Assembly (NCBI RefSeq): GCF_009914755.1
Contig: NC_060938.1
Source of the DNA: the human T2T-CHM13v2.0 reference genome, Homo sapiens
Reading direction: 5' to 3' (one strand)
Length of the DNA stretch: 64,000 nucleotides
Below the pieces are notes generated by a model. It did no database searches and was not told the origin of the DNA. It was given only the letters and a program-made list of their open reading frames with translations. Position numbers and translations under genes: made by a program. Positions 1 through 14,517 of this stretch are shown here, piece by piece (the stretch's first letter is position 1; each line of letters opens with the position of its first letter).

Positions 1-1010
1 TAATTACATAAGTTATTACAAATATCCAACGGTACAGTATTAACAGTAAAGTTGTCATTTAGAAAACGTATTAGCATGTGAAATTATTAAAGGCAGCAAG
101 TTAAGGTACTTTCTGAAAGTCTGAACTAAAGACCCTTTAAGAATATTTTTATCCCATTTTCATAATTCTTGATATTGACAGAGGTTTATCTTTTTACCTT
201 CACATTTCTCCATCTGTAAAGATAGGCTGTGAAACCACTTCTAAAGCAGTCAAAAGTTTACTGGAATTTAGTCACTTATATACTTAAAAAAATATATTAA
301 TGAGAATAATCCAGCCCACCAAAGGCTGTCTCTAAGCATGCTAATGTTAAGTATAAAACGTGGAAAAAAGAAACTCATTATAAAAAGAAAAAAAAATTGC
401 TGAAAAACTGCAATTAACATAAAGATCTAACAAGTATAGTTAACTCTCAATTGAAATATTAATGACTAGAAAAAATTAAATCCAAGACAAGTTTCACCTC
501 TAACACTGGACTCCCCACTCCCCAACCCTTCCATCCACTCCCCAATCCTCTAATGAAGGAGTTAAGTATTCAGGAAATGATGCAAGCTAACTTTAAAATG
601 TTCAGAAACTTTAAAATATTTCCTTAAGAAAATAAAAGTTCAAAAATAAAACATGCTTTTTAAGAAGTACTCTGAAGGCAAATATATGATTCAGGTTATT
701 TTTTTTCTTGTTAACACCAAAATATGGCTTAATTTGAGATAATTGAGAGTTGACTACTCAAGATGTATTTACTGACCAATATATTAATCATCTCAAACTT
801 CTAGTTAATCCACCAAAATACCTAAAAAAAAAATTTAAATACCACAAAGAGAGTAGTTATAAAAGAAAAACATGTCACTTCAAATCAACACATTGACACA
901 AACTTATCTTTTCCATGCACCTTGATATTAATTCTGTTTTATAAGTGATTCCAAAAAATAAGGAGCCTTCTATTAAATCATTAAAAAATTAAAAATAAAA
1001 CTGCACTTAC

Positions 1011-1144
1011 ATCATAACTATAGTCTGCATCATTTGTTACCGTCAAGTCTGCAAGGTCTCCAAGGCCCAGTACACTTAACAAAACATCATCAGAACCCAT
1101 AATAAATGACTTGCCTCCTCCAGATGGAAACGTTATTGGTTCAG
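1011..1144 (-). CDS. STRN3: STRN3 exon 10 (134 nt): (A)EPITFPSGGGKSFIMGSDDVLLSVLGLGDLADLTVTNDADYSYD
   Basis: Minus-strand translation matches remembered STRN3; acceptor ttatag|CT, donor GAT|gtaagt; phase-1 start fits exon 7, 8 or 9. Confidence 0.96.
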
Positions 1145-1800
1145 CTATAAAGAACAAAACCGCTTCTTAAATGCTGAAAAATCATACAGTACAAGACAAT
1201 ATTGTGGGGAAAATTTAAGCACTTAACAGTTACAATATTCAGTAATATAATTAATTTTTATTTTCCCACTTCTACTCAAAAAATCCTGTTACTAAGCAGT
1301 GTTAAACAAATGTGTTGGAACTGTGGTGTATTAACTGTCCACAAATAAAATGTGCACTAGATATATTATTCTGGGGTGGAAGCTAGGGCACAAAAGCTTT
1401 GTCTGTCTAAATCTCTTATCACTTCAGTACAATTATAACTATAGTTTACATGTTAAATAAGAAATAGGACAAATTTTGATTAAATAATGGAGTTAAATAT
1501 CAGATTTTTGCATTCATGAGGGGAAACCTCTACCATGGACCTCAAGGACCTCAAAGTAGTCATATAGTATTTTTTAAATGTTAATAGGTTGTCGCCAAGT
1601 CCTTTTGCTTTCTAAAGAAGTACTAGGCATCCTAGTCCCTGATAAAAACTAGTACAAACATTGAAATGTAAATGGTTTACAGTCAGCTATATACTATATC
1701 AGTTCACTAGAATGAAGCTTTAATTGTTCAGATTCCTTTAGTAACAGCAATGGTCTAGGAAAAAATTCTTCCACCAACAATGTCAGTTTCCTTTCTATAA

Positions 1801-2138
<338 letters not shown>

Positions 2139-3759
2139 TGTCTTCCAGCTTTAAAGCTTTGACTATGACTTTTATTTTAATGTCCATTCTAGTTACCATG
2201 ACACTCTAAAATGAAGCAAGTAATCTTGACCACAGAGCTTTAATTTCTGATCAGATTTGCCATTTCAATTTCAAACTAAACTCAGGTTGAGCTTCACTTA
2301 GTTTTCTCAACTATATCATGTGCATTATTACAGCTTTTCATGTTAATATTAACAGTTCCAATTATTTAAAATGCGTTTTCCTTTCTATACATACTACTGA
2401 CCAATTAAACTCTGCCATAATTGAATGACTATTATCTAAATATTTTGTTGTAACAGTCATAGTTTAAGCAACAACCTTCAATATCATTTCAAATATGCTT
2501 TGAAAGCAAAATTTTAACATTAAGATAACAAGGGAGAAATACTCAAATCATAATATAAAACTCAATATATCAAAACACACTTAAAATTCATGAGCAAATT
2601 TAAAAGGGAAACATTATACAAAAAATCAAGCTGATTATCAATTTTAAAAAAATTCCCATGAAAAATGATATAAATATGCTACAGGAAACACAACAGGTGT
2701 AATGAAACTTGACAGTCATCACTAAACTACTGGAAATAATTCTGAGAAGACACAATTCATATATATACTATGGCAAAATAAAATTCAACTGTACTTAGAA
2801 TATCTTGTTATTTTATTATTTTATCCTATCAAAATAAGCTATATAATCTGACTCAAATAGGGCTCTAAAATGCAGCTCTGATTCAGTTACTTGATCTAAA
2901 ATGAATCTGAAAGCACCTGACAGAAAATATATAGAGATATTAAGTAGTATTTAATCTTTCAATGATGACACTTATTGAATCTGAATAATCTGTAGCATTG
3001 ATCTTTTGATCTTTTCCTACCAATTATTAGTATGCAGTTATTGGCAATACCAGAAGCAGCTAAAAACTATAAAATCAATAATTTAAACTTATGTTTAAGG
3101 ATAATTATATAAAAGTCATTATATAATATTTACTCAAAGCATTTTTCTCTAGACAAAGAAATATTTTTACTTTAAGCTCAGGGAATTTGTTTCTAAGAGA
3201 AGTCAGAACAAAATGCCACAGTTCCTCCCACTCACAATTATACAAACATTCACTGACACAAATCTCAAAAGCCCAATAAAATAACTTTAACGTAACAAAT
3301 GATTTTGCAAGACTATCTCTGATCAGCCAGACCAATTTAGGAGCATGTGAAGGGAAGTGTCTGGACATTAGTTTTACTCGAGTTTTGGCTTAATTGTACT
3401 TAACAAAAAGTTAGTATTATACTAATTTCTAATTAATCATATGACCACATTTCTGTCCTTTTTCTCTATATACACACATATATTTTATGACATATTTATG
3501 TAGCTATTGCAAGCTATTCTGCTTAATCACTATTTACACATATATGTGCAAAAATTCTTTTACACTACTACCTCTGCTTTCCATATTACCCATCACTGTG
3601 GCATATGGTAATCACAGCAGCTACTCATCTGTTTGCCCTTATTTCCCTGCAGAGGGAATTAATTTCTATCCTATTCATTTTATTAATGGTAATATAATTA
3701 CCCATAATATAAAAATGTCATTAGTAATTCAAAGAAAAATGTAATTATTTAAACAAGTA

Positions 3760-4222
<463 letters not shown>

Positions 4223-5713
4223 TAATTTAATGATGGAAATTTAGGAGGCCTAAGAGATTTCATCAAGTAAGATAACAATACTAGTATAACGGGTCTATAA
4301 AATACAAGGTCTTTTTCAGACTTTTGTAACTAATCTTCCTTTTGATGGACACTTATGATGAAGGAAACCTGTAGCTCGCATATTGAACTCTTTTTCCCAA
4401 GAACTTAGTCCAGGTAACAGATTCCATTTATACCAGTGGCAACATGGTAGGTCTCAAGTCTTTAGCAGCAATAGTCTAGAAGATTGTAATGTTGAAGTAC
4501 CACTCCTAGAAAACAGACATTTGTTCTTTATAAAATGAGGTAGGACATGGACTTCAAAAGTAAAGAAGGAAGTTGGGGACTGCCACTGAAAATAAGGAGA
4601 CTGTATACTCCAAAGCTGCCTTCTTAGCTTGAAGTCAAACTCACACCTCTTTAAATAACAAATTCCAGGAAGATCGATACTTCAAAAACTGTAATGAAGT
4701 TCACATTTATCAAATCTCTCCCCTCGCCCTCCTACCAGCATCAAGAAACAGATCACTGACCTATATTCTTTCTTTAAAACACACACATAACACATAAACA
4801 AACACACATAGAGAGTTCTAAGTTGGTTTTTGTGTAGAGTGTGCCTTGACTGGCTTTTTCCGTTAAGTCATTGGTTTGAAACATTTAAAAGGGTCCACAT
4901 TGCTAACGTGGCTTTGCCTTAAATTGCAAAACCTGCACTTTAAATGTACATTAATTACAAAAATTTTAGCAAGTTGTACTATGCATATTTGGCAAAACAG
5001 ACCAAAAACGAAGCAAAATCACCACTAAATGCATAAAATTAAAAAAAAAAAAAGGAGTTGCTATGTGTATTTTAGAAAATACTTCTAAAGTAAAACAGGA
5101 ATATATCTCAATAGTGGAAATGAGATCTGAAAAAATTAACAGACACTATTTTATTTTTCATTCATTTTGTTTTGAATGATTTTGTTACTTTAGTGATTTT
5201 TTTTAAGGTGAGTGAAGTAAATGGTAAATTATGAGAGGGAAAAAATGCAAAATTATTTAACTGTAAGGAAACTGTGCCACTAGGGAAATCTTAAAAGGGA
5301 ACAAGATGTATTTAAAATTTTTTGACTGGGACATCAAACAAATCCCCTTTACAGAGCAAAGGCAATAACATCAATTAAACTTAATACATATGCCAAATTA
5401 CTGTATCTCATATGTCACAATAATCTTTGGTTAAAAATTCAGATTTAATACTTATAAATATCTAGACTTAGAGTTATACATGATTCAAGTATACCCATAT
5501 ATCTTCGGCTAAAATCAATTTTGGAAAAAATGTTTAAGTAGTACTTTCATTTCCTACACATTTCTGGTTTAGGCAAATTTTATAAAATTCATTACTAGGT
5601 AGCGTATACTTGCTACCAAGTTAAAGAATAATGATGCTGCCTTATTCTCAAATGATTAATTTAGGTAACAGTTACATATATTTTTTGAAGTAATATATAT
5701 TTAATGTAACAGA

Positions 5714-6068
<355 letters not shown>

Positions 6069-6450
6069 TTACTATTAGTTCCTAAATTTAAGCAATAAGA
6101 CAAAATGAGTAGTTTTTTCCATATGTATTATTTTAAGTTTGTTTTTATAAATTACTATTTTCCCATTACTGGATCTGTAGCTAAAATTAGATTTAAGAAA
6201 AGACTCTGAATTCACCTATGATGGAAACAACAACTCCTCACATTAAAAACAAAAACAAAATATAAAGAAATAGAAACCAGAAATGTCAAAATCCCTAAAT
6301 TAGTTACATCAAGAGCTTGCCCAACACCTTCTCTAAAGATCATATAAAATGATCATCAGCATTTTATAACAGTAGCCTAGTTGCATTAAGATGTGATTTG
6401 GATTTAAGGTCTTCTGAAATGTAAATAAACATGGTAGCTAAATTTTGTAC

Positions 6451-6591
6451 CTTCCTCTGCTCTTGCACCTTCATGATCAGTCATTCTAGTAGAGGCTGAC
6501 CTAGACTGATTAATGATTCCTGAAGGGATGTGGGGCAGCTCATCATCTCCCAGATCAGCTATCATGTCGTAGAGTTTTGTCCTGTTGGCCC
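6451..6591 (-). CDS. STRN3: STRN3 exon 9 (141 nt, cassette): (R)ANRTKLYDMIADLGDDELPHIPSGIINQSRSASTRMTDHEGARAEE
   Basis: Acceptor tttacag|GG, donor GAAG|gtacaa; length divisible by 3, phase 1-1. Confidence 0.95.
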
Positions 6592-6787
6592 CTGTAAATT
6601 AATGTCAGCAGTAGAGGTTCATTTAATGGCTACCGCTTGACTTTCCGGCAGCCTTTAAAACCAATTTATTAACAAAACAGACTATTAAGAAGTCCCAGTT
6701 ATTAAAATATCAGAAAATTAAAGATGTCTTCCATTTTCCATACCATCCCCCAAAACACATTGAGTTTAAATATTTACTATTTCTGTG

Positions 6788-6870
6788 GAGAGAGAGATAT
6801 ATATAAAGATACATATCTATATTACATATATGTCTCTCTCTAAAGAGATATATATATATATATATATCTC
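6788..6870. repeat. (GA)n/(TA)n microsatellite
   Basis: Visible dinucleotide runs. Confidence 0.85.
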
Positions 6871-7859
6871 CACAGAATACTTTAGAGAGTTCTTTAAAGT
6901 TCTGTAAGCTCACAGACACAGAAGGTATCATTAAAACAAAGGAAAATTTTGGTGTTTAAGGTTAACATTTACCAGTGTAAAGAATAAAACAAGGGCTTTT
7001 CAACATAATTCACTGTTTTAAAAACTTAACAAAGGAATAAGTACGAGTAATTTTTATGAGGGTGCAACAAACAATTAACTTTACCTGGTGTTTCCATGGA
7101 TATTTTCCTGCCATGTTAGTACAAATTTGTCATTAACAAATCAACCCCAATTTCTTTCAAAAATTTTTTCATTTTTCCCAAATTTGAAAAACCTGATTTA
7201 TCCATGAGATAGATCTCTGAGTTTCTCATAATGATATGAAAAGTCAGCACTGTCATAAGCCATAAATATAAGGGAAGAATTTTGGCTGTTGCCTGGATAA
7301 TTCAGGCCAAAATATATAAAACTCAAAAGCTTCTGTACCATTGTGGAATATTCTTTAACTCTGAACTTTAGAAATAGCAGAATTATTTATTTTGAACCAT
7401 ATATTTTGAAAGAAAATAAGTTTTAAGAATGTCAGAAAAAAACTTTGAAAAGACAATGCTTTATAATCTACATAAGTTTAAAAAAATAAAATAGGTAAGT
7501 CCAAGGTCAAACATTATGACGTTATATTTACTAACATCAACATTAATGGAAGAATCCGACTGCTATATATTAAGTTCACTGTGGCTATTTGAGTGTAAGT
7601 AACTCTAAGAACTATTACGCATCTATGTATCCTTAACAAAATGCCAGGCAGTTAAGATGGTAAAACTTAGTGGAAATAGGTGGACTTTTATACATTTATT
7701 GGTCCTATTTTACAGTAATTTCTAATTTCTTAGAAATGCTTAAACAATTTTACTTCTGGATTAGGTAATATGTTACGTAGTCTGAATTTCCTAACTAATA
7801 ATAATGAAGAAACTCAGTGTTACCTGAGGATTTCCCCCCCACAGAGAAATGACTGTAAA

Positions 7860-8546
7860 CAAATTCTCCAATAAACAAAAAACTGTCTACTGGATGTCCA
7901 ACCACCAGTTACATTCAACGTAAAAGAACATAAACATTATTCTTTCTCACAAAATAGCTCCCTTTTGTAACCTTGCCACTTAAATGACTACCACCACCAT
8001 TTATTTAATTTCGCTTCCTAAAATTTTGCAACCACATCTTAATTCTTCTTCAACTTGTAAAATTATAAAACGGTGGGGGCTGGTTTTAAAAAAGAATCTC
8101 CCTTTAAAGTATTCTCCAAGTTTATCTCTCTATTGACTTTAATCAAGGCTTTCAATCTTATGAATTACTACAACAGACTCCTAATTGGTTTTTCTATCTC
8201 CAAGCTCCATTTACCTTCAATCACATTTATATACTACAACTAAATTAATTTTCCAAAATTATCACATTTATTATATCTCCCTTCACTCAGAAACCACAAG
8301 TAGCAGCACTTCCACACTCTTTGGATCAAAGTTAACTAAAATCATGTACTTAACCTTTCATGTGCTTCATGATCTGATCCTATTTTTTCTACCCCATCTT
8401 ATCTTTTAATGATCCACAATACAAACTCCCTTCATTTTCCAGTCAAAGCAATTTCCACATAGTTTCAGTGTTCACTGAGGTTACTTCTGCAGTATTTTGT
8501 CATATTTATCCTCACCCATTCTCAGAAAGGTGAGAAGGCTTTCTAC

Positions 8547-8596
<50 letters not shown>

Positions 8597-8720
8597 CCTT
8601 ATCTTCTAACATGCACCTCAGCCTATCCAAATTCTACCCATTCCTCCACACCAGTTCCATCTCTTCTGTAAAGCTTTTGTTGATCTTTCAATGTTCTCTT
8701 ATTTGTGTGTAACATAAAAT
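7860..8720 (+). mobile_element. Ancient L2-like fragment containing (CA)n at about 8545-8594
   Basis: Degenerate similarity to L2 3' region (tggatgtcc..., aactcctaattggt..., catgatctgatcc); CA repeat is clear. Confidence 0.5.
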
Positions 8721-9354
8721 GACTTTATTAAATACTACCTTGTAAATAATTTAATTACATGATAGTTAATGTGAAACATAATAAAGGCTTGACAAAGTTT
8801 TGTTACAGATAATGTAAAGTTAAAATCTTCTGTACACATGAACTGGGAGATATAGAAGGGAAAGAAATTAGGAGATATTATGGAACCTACTGTTCAAACT
8901 GACGATCCCAAATTATATAATATTATTTACATACTATAGCCTGATAGCTTCAGTGTGACACAGTGCCAAGTTGAGGAAATGATGCAACTTCCCTGCTCTA
9001 ATCCTAGTTTCTCAAAAGGTGCCAAAAGATGAAAGCAGATTTCATTTAGTAGTAGTCTTTACTCTATTGTGCAGAGCATCTTTCAACTGCAAATTTAATG
9101 TCTTTGTTTTCTTTCTAAACCTATCCAATATTCTAAATATAATAAATGCAATGAAACAATTTCAAATAAAAAACCTGAAGTCTTATCAGCAATAAGAAAA
9201 CTGTAGTAGTATAACAGGATACTAGACAATATTAATACCAATATGTAAAGGCATATTGAAGGCCCATTAAGCACTAATTAAATAAAAACTGAAATTTATA
9301 GAAGTACAAATACCTTTTCTAATTCTTATGGCAAGAAAAACTTTTATTTACTTT

Positions 9355-9813
9355 TTAATTTTTATTATTATTTGTGAGACAAGGTCTTGCCCTGTCACCC
9401 AGGCTAGAATGCAGTGACACAAACATGGCTCTCTACAGCCTTGATCTCCTTGGCTCTTGACCTCCTGGATTCAAGTGATCCTTCCGCCTCAGCCTGCCCA
9501 GTAGCTGGGACCACAGGCACGTACCATCAAGCTTGGCTAATTTAAAAAAAAATTTTGTAGAGACAGGGTCTCACCATGTTGTCCAGGCTGGTCTTGAACT
9601 CTTAGGCTCAGGCAATCCACCTACCTCAGTCTCCAGAGTAGCTGGGACCACAGGCATGCACTACCACACTCAGCTAATTTTTGTATTTTTTATTTTTGTA
9701 GAGATGGTCTCACCATGCTGCCTAGCCTGGTATTGAGCTCCTGGGGTCAAGCAATCCTCTCTCCTAAGCATCCCAAAGTGCTAGGATTGCAGGCATGAGC
9801 CACCATGCCCAGC
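9355..9813 (-). mobile_element. AluJ-like element with an extra monomer (about 460 bp)
   Basis: Two tandem gtagctgggaccacaggca...tttttgtagaga blocks. Confidence 0.8.
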
Positions 9814-11747
9814 TAGAAAAACTTTTCTACTACTATGAATACAACCCACCTACCTCTTAACAAATACAAAGTCCTATATAAATGCATAATCCTCTAGACT
9901 GACACAATGAAAAACATACTAATTATGCCACGTGTAAGCCAAACTATAGACTACTGTTACATTTTCAAATTCCGCTCAAACACACATACTCATGCCATGA
10001 AATTTATCTTCCTACGCCCTATATAACTGTAAGTAAAATAGTACTTTTGAACAAATCTAACATTTCCCCTTTCTCAAATGAGCCCTCCCTTTGTTGATCA
10101 ACTTTTATATTCTGAAGCTTAACTGTTAGCAGGCAAACAATCTGGAAAAGATACGCTTATTTTAGCACAAAAATTTAGTTAAGTCATGTTTGCTAGATCT
10201 GTTCTATTTTCTATCATAATTAAAGCTTTCACAGCTTTATTTAATTTATTTAAGACAATTGTTGTCTTAAATAAATATGAGATCACAATAATAAGAAAAA
10301 ATAACTTCAGCTGCAAAGTGACTCTTCGGTTTTAAAAAGTGCACTGATTAAATTAGAGTATCAATCTGATACATTCTGATCCTAGGCAAAATACCTAAGT
10401 TATTTTCTTGAAAGAAAAAAATCCCGAGTTAAAGGACATGAATGTTTGTTTTTAAAGAATGAAATTAAAGCCAGTAACATAAAACCACATGCCTAGTTGA
10501 AAATAACATCTCTTTGCTATGAAACAATTTTGTTTTTGTCTTTGAGGGAGGAGAGAGAATATAACTATTTTGTGGGCTCTTCGAATTAGTACTATGTGCT
10601 AAACGGAAGTAGCTTAATCATAACAGATAATTTGTAGTGTGAGCAAAGGTGTTTTTAAAAGCCTACTTAAGAGTAAGTTCTTCTTAAATGTATTCAAATA
10701 CCTAATTTTGGATATTTGGCTTCAAGTCACACTTTAAACAACTGTATTTCCTGGTGACAACATGTTTTCTTGGATCTGGAATAGTAAATGACAAATATTA
10801 ATACAAAACTTTAAAAATAAAAATTAGAAAATGACTTGGGGGAGCTCACTTATGATTTATATTAAAAGAAATGTTGAAAAAGTTACAAGACTTCCCCCTT
10901 TTCAAATGTATTGATAATCAGGCCAGAAGGTGCATAGCAATTCTGCAACACCAGTAACGGAGAGAAGGGAAATGGCAAAAAAGTCATATTCCATATATAG
11001 AAAAGACAGAAAAGTTAAGATAAACGAGAATAATTAGGAAAATTAAGATAAGTCCACTCACTAAGAACCAGGAATGCAAACATACATATTCCCCAAATAT
11101 GAATTTTTAAAATGGGGAAAGCCTATACATCTTTTCAAGAAAGGAAATGAAATAATCTTTTCTTGGTAAGTTTAAATTTTATAGGTATAATATAGCTTAA
11201 GAGTAACAACAGGCTATAAGAATAACAGCTCCTATCAAAGGAAAATACATTATTATAATCCACAGTTTAAATTGTCCATGTTGAAAAAGAGTAACAAATA
11301 TCAAAGAAAGTCTTAAAAGATTTTTAGCTGCTCTCTCATATTGTAACTAAAGCCTCCATATTTCAGATGCTTCGTTCATACTGTGATTTTTAATCATTGA
11401 TTTATATGTTTTTACTAAGATATAAAATACAGCACAAATGGAGACCTTAAAAAGTTAGAAAAATGCTACCAGCCCAAAATTTTTACAAAAGATTAATTCA
11501 AGCTCCTCCCAAATTACAGAAAACATAGAAATTATTAAAAAGTGAAAGAAAACTGAGTTTTAGCTTAGATATTAGTATTGCATCAACACTTACTTCTTGA
11601 TTTTCATGACTGTACTGTGGTCATACATGAGAGTATCTTTGTTTAAATATATACTAATATATTTAAAGAGCAACATGTCTACAACTTAGTTTTCTGAACT
11701 ACTCAAAAAAAAAAAACAAAAAAACAAAAAACAACAAAAAAAAACAT

Positions 11748-12358
11748 GGCCAGGTACAGTGGCTCATGCCTTAAATCTTTTTTTTTTTTTTTTTTTTTTT
11801 TTTTGAGATGGTCTCCCTCTGTCGCCCAGGCTGGAGTGCAGTGGCGCGATCCTGACTCACTGCAACCTCCGTCTCCTGGGTTCAAGCGATTCTCCTGCCT
11901 CAGCCTCCCCAAGTAGCTGGGACTACAGGCATGAGCCACCACGCCCAGCTAATTTTTTTTGTATTTTTAGTAGAGACAAGGTCTCACCATGTTGGCCAGG
12001 CTGATCTCAAACTCTTGACCTCAGGTGATCTGCCCGCCTCAGCCTCCCAAAGTGCTGGGATTACATGCATGAACCACTGCACCCAGCCTCATGCTTGAAA
12101 TCTTAATGCTTTTGGAGGTTGAGGTGAGATGATCAGTTGAGGCCAGGAGTTTGAGATCCGCCTGGGCAACATACAGAGATCCTGTCTATTAAAAAATGTA
12201 AAAATTAGCCAGGCATAGTGGTGCACACCTGTGGTCCCAGCAAGGCGGGAGTGGAAAGATTGCTTGAGCTCAGGAGTTTGAGGTTGCAGTGAGCTACAAT
12301 GTGCTACTGTACTCCATCCGAGGCAGCAGAGTGACAGCCTGTCTCAAAATAAAAAAGA
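11748..12358. mobile_element. Plus-strand AluJ interrupted by an inverted AluS (about 11778-12087)
   Basis: Left arm breaks at ctcatgccttaaatctt and resumes at ctcatgcttgaaatctt (TSD). Confidence 0.85.
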
Positions 12359-13044
12359 ATATATTTACAGAAAGGAAAGGGAAAAGCAAGTGTGGTAAAG
12401 TGTTAACATTTGGTGGGTAACCTGGGTGAAAAGTATATGGAATTCTCTGTACTATTCTCACCAAATTTTCTTAAGTCAGAAATTATGTCAAAATAAAAAG
12501 TTAAAAGGAAAAGAAAGCTTAACCCTTTGAAGCCTGAGACCAAAATAACTGCATCAAGCCTCTTTAGTTTCTTAGTTTCAAGGTACTGACTCTTAGAGTA
12601 CTAATAAGATAAAGTGCATCTCAATTATATTGTATATCTCACTTAGTAAGAAAGAAATACTGAAGTGGGTCTACGTTCCAAGACAAGGCTGTCACTTTTA
12701 ACCCCTTTTCCTCTTGCTGGGGGGAGGGGGCGGGCAGGGGGGTAAAAAAAAGAAGGGTGAGATGGAGTGAACGAGTTGGGAGACACAGAAACTTTAACTT
12801 AGCACTTTTAACTTAGCATTTAAAAGTCAAATCTTGAATGGGTCTTTACAAAGTTAAGAAGTCAGTATTCTTGCCATTTTTCTCTTTCCCTTCCAAAAAA
12901 AAAGAAAAAAGACTGGATTACATCTGCTGATTCCATATGGTAAAGTTAGCAAATAGTTTTCTTCCCTCTAAGAAGCTGCAGTGAAAAATCTGTAGAAGCT
13001 TATGCTAATTCAGTAGGTGTGACTTATTAACAAATTCTGGAATA

Positions 13045-13325
13045 AAGAAAAAAAATCAAGGTTGGTAAATGTATACAAATTTACATTTACATAGGTAGAA
13101 TAAGTTCTGGTTCAATTACACAGTAGGGTGACTACAGCTAATGATAACGTATTCTATATTTCAAGATAGCTAGAAAAAAAGGATATGAGTGCTGTAACCA
13201 CAAAGAAATGATGAATATGCTAACTACTCTGATTTTTATTATTCAATGTTTAAATGTATTAAAATGTCACACTGTGTCCCATAAATATTTATAATTATGT
13301 GTCATTTATAAGCAAAAATTTTTTT
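13045..13325 (+). mobile_element. L1MA-type 3' end
   Basis: ataggtagaataagttctgg...cacagtagggtgacta...atttcaagatagctaga motifs. Confidence 0.7.
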
Positions 13326-14023
13326 AAAGAAATCAAAAGGCTACAGATAATGAATTATTCTAACTTGTACAAAGCTACGTAAGGAGAACATCAGAATAAT
13401 AACATGGACTAGATAAAAATGCTAAGAAATTCATGAATTACCTTTTCATGTAAAATTATATCTTAGTATTAACATGATGAGCTATTTGAATTAAGATCAT
13501 TAGAAGTTTGTGATCCATAAACAGAAAAAAAAAGAAAGTTTTTATTTTCTTAAACTCTAATTTCACGGCAAGGATTCAGAGCCAACATTTTCACACTGAA
13601 TTCTGTATTAAAGAGTGAAAAGTTTTCAATTTATAAACCTTCATAAAGGAAGTATAAAAAAGAAACATAATTTATTTCTGAATTCTCTTTCCTGAGACAC
13701 TTTGCTAAAGACCTTATCCCTGGATCTACTTACATTAGTAGCCTCAAAGACAGTAATATTTACAAAAATGTTTAAAAATTAGAAACAAATCTATAGGTTT
13801 AACTAATGGAAGCTAAGTTAAATACACAAAAATTATATTTTAAATGACTATGAAACATTAAGAAATAATGAGTTAAATTACAACAATAATATTCTAGTTA
13901 AAATATTAAAAAGGAGGTTTTACGTATAAAGACTTTTAAGAAAAGATGGATGAATATGTGCCAAATAAATAGTCTCTGAGTGGTAGGATTGCAGGTGATT
14001 TTTATAGTTTTTCTTTATATTCC

Positions 14024-14160
14024 TACTTCTTATATTACTTCTTATAATACTTCTTATAATTACTTCTTATAAGTACTTCTTATAATACTTCTTATATTAT
14101 CTGAATCTTATATTACTTCTTATAAGTACTTCTTATAATACTTCTTATATTATCTGAATA
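14024..14160. repeat. AT-rich minisatellite (tacttcttata core, 13-14 bp units) with an approximately 53-bp higher-order duplication
   Basis: Units directly visible; block ending tattatctgaat occurs twice. Confidence 0.85.
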
Positions 14161-14517
14161 ACAAGCATGTGTTATTTTTATGATTATATAAGCAAAATTC
14201 ATTTTTTTGAAAAAACAGATATGAAATCAAAATTAAAGTGGAATGGGCTGAATAACAGAATACCTATCTAGAGAGTAAGATGTTATTGAGACATGAAAGC
14301 CTTAAGTTATGAATTTGGGGTCTCCAGTACTGATTCAGTCAAAGAAGTCCACTTTCATCCATTTCATATACTGAGTTCCTCTCTGTTGTTTAGAAAGAAG
14401 AAAAAATACAAACATATATAAAGGAATTATTTGTTGACATAAAATGATGTTTTCTATGATGGTAGTAGGCAAATTATAATATTGTGTGTACTAAGGTCCA
14501 ATTAAAAAAAAAACATA

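Noticed and set aside
11062-11130. Possible 69-nt cryptic exon (-) with strong donor TTA|gtgagt
   Set aside because: Acceptor is mediocre (ttgaaaag), and such pseudo-exons are common in long introns
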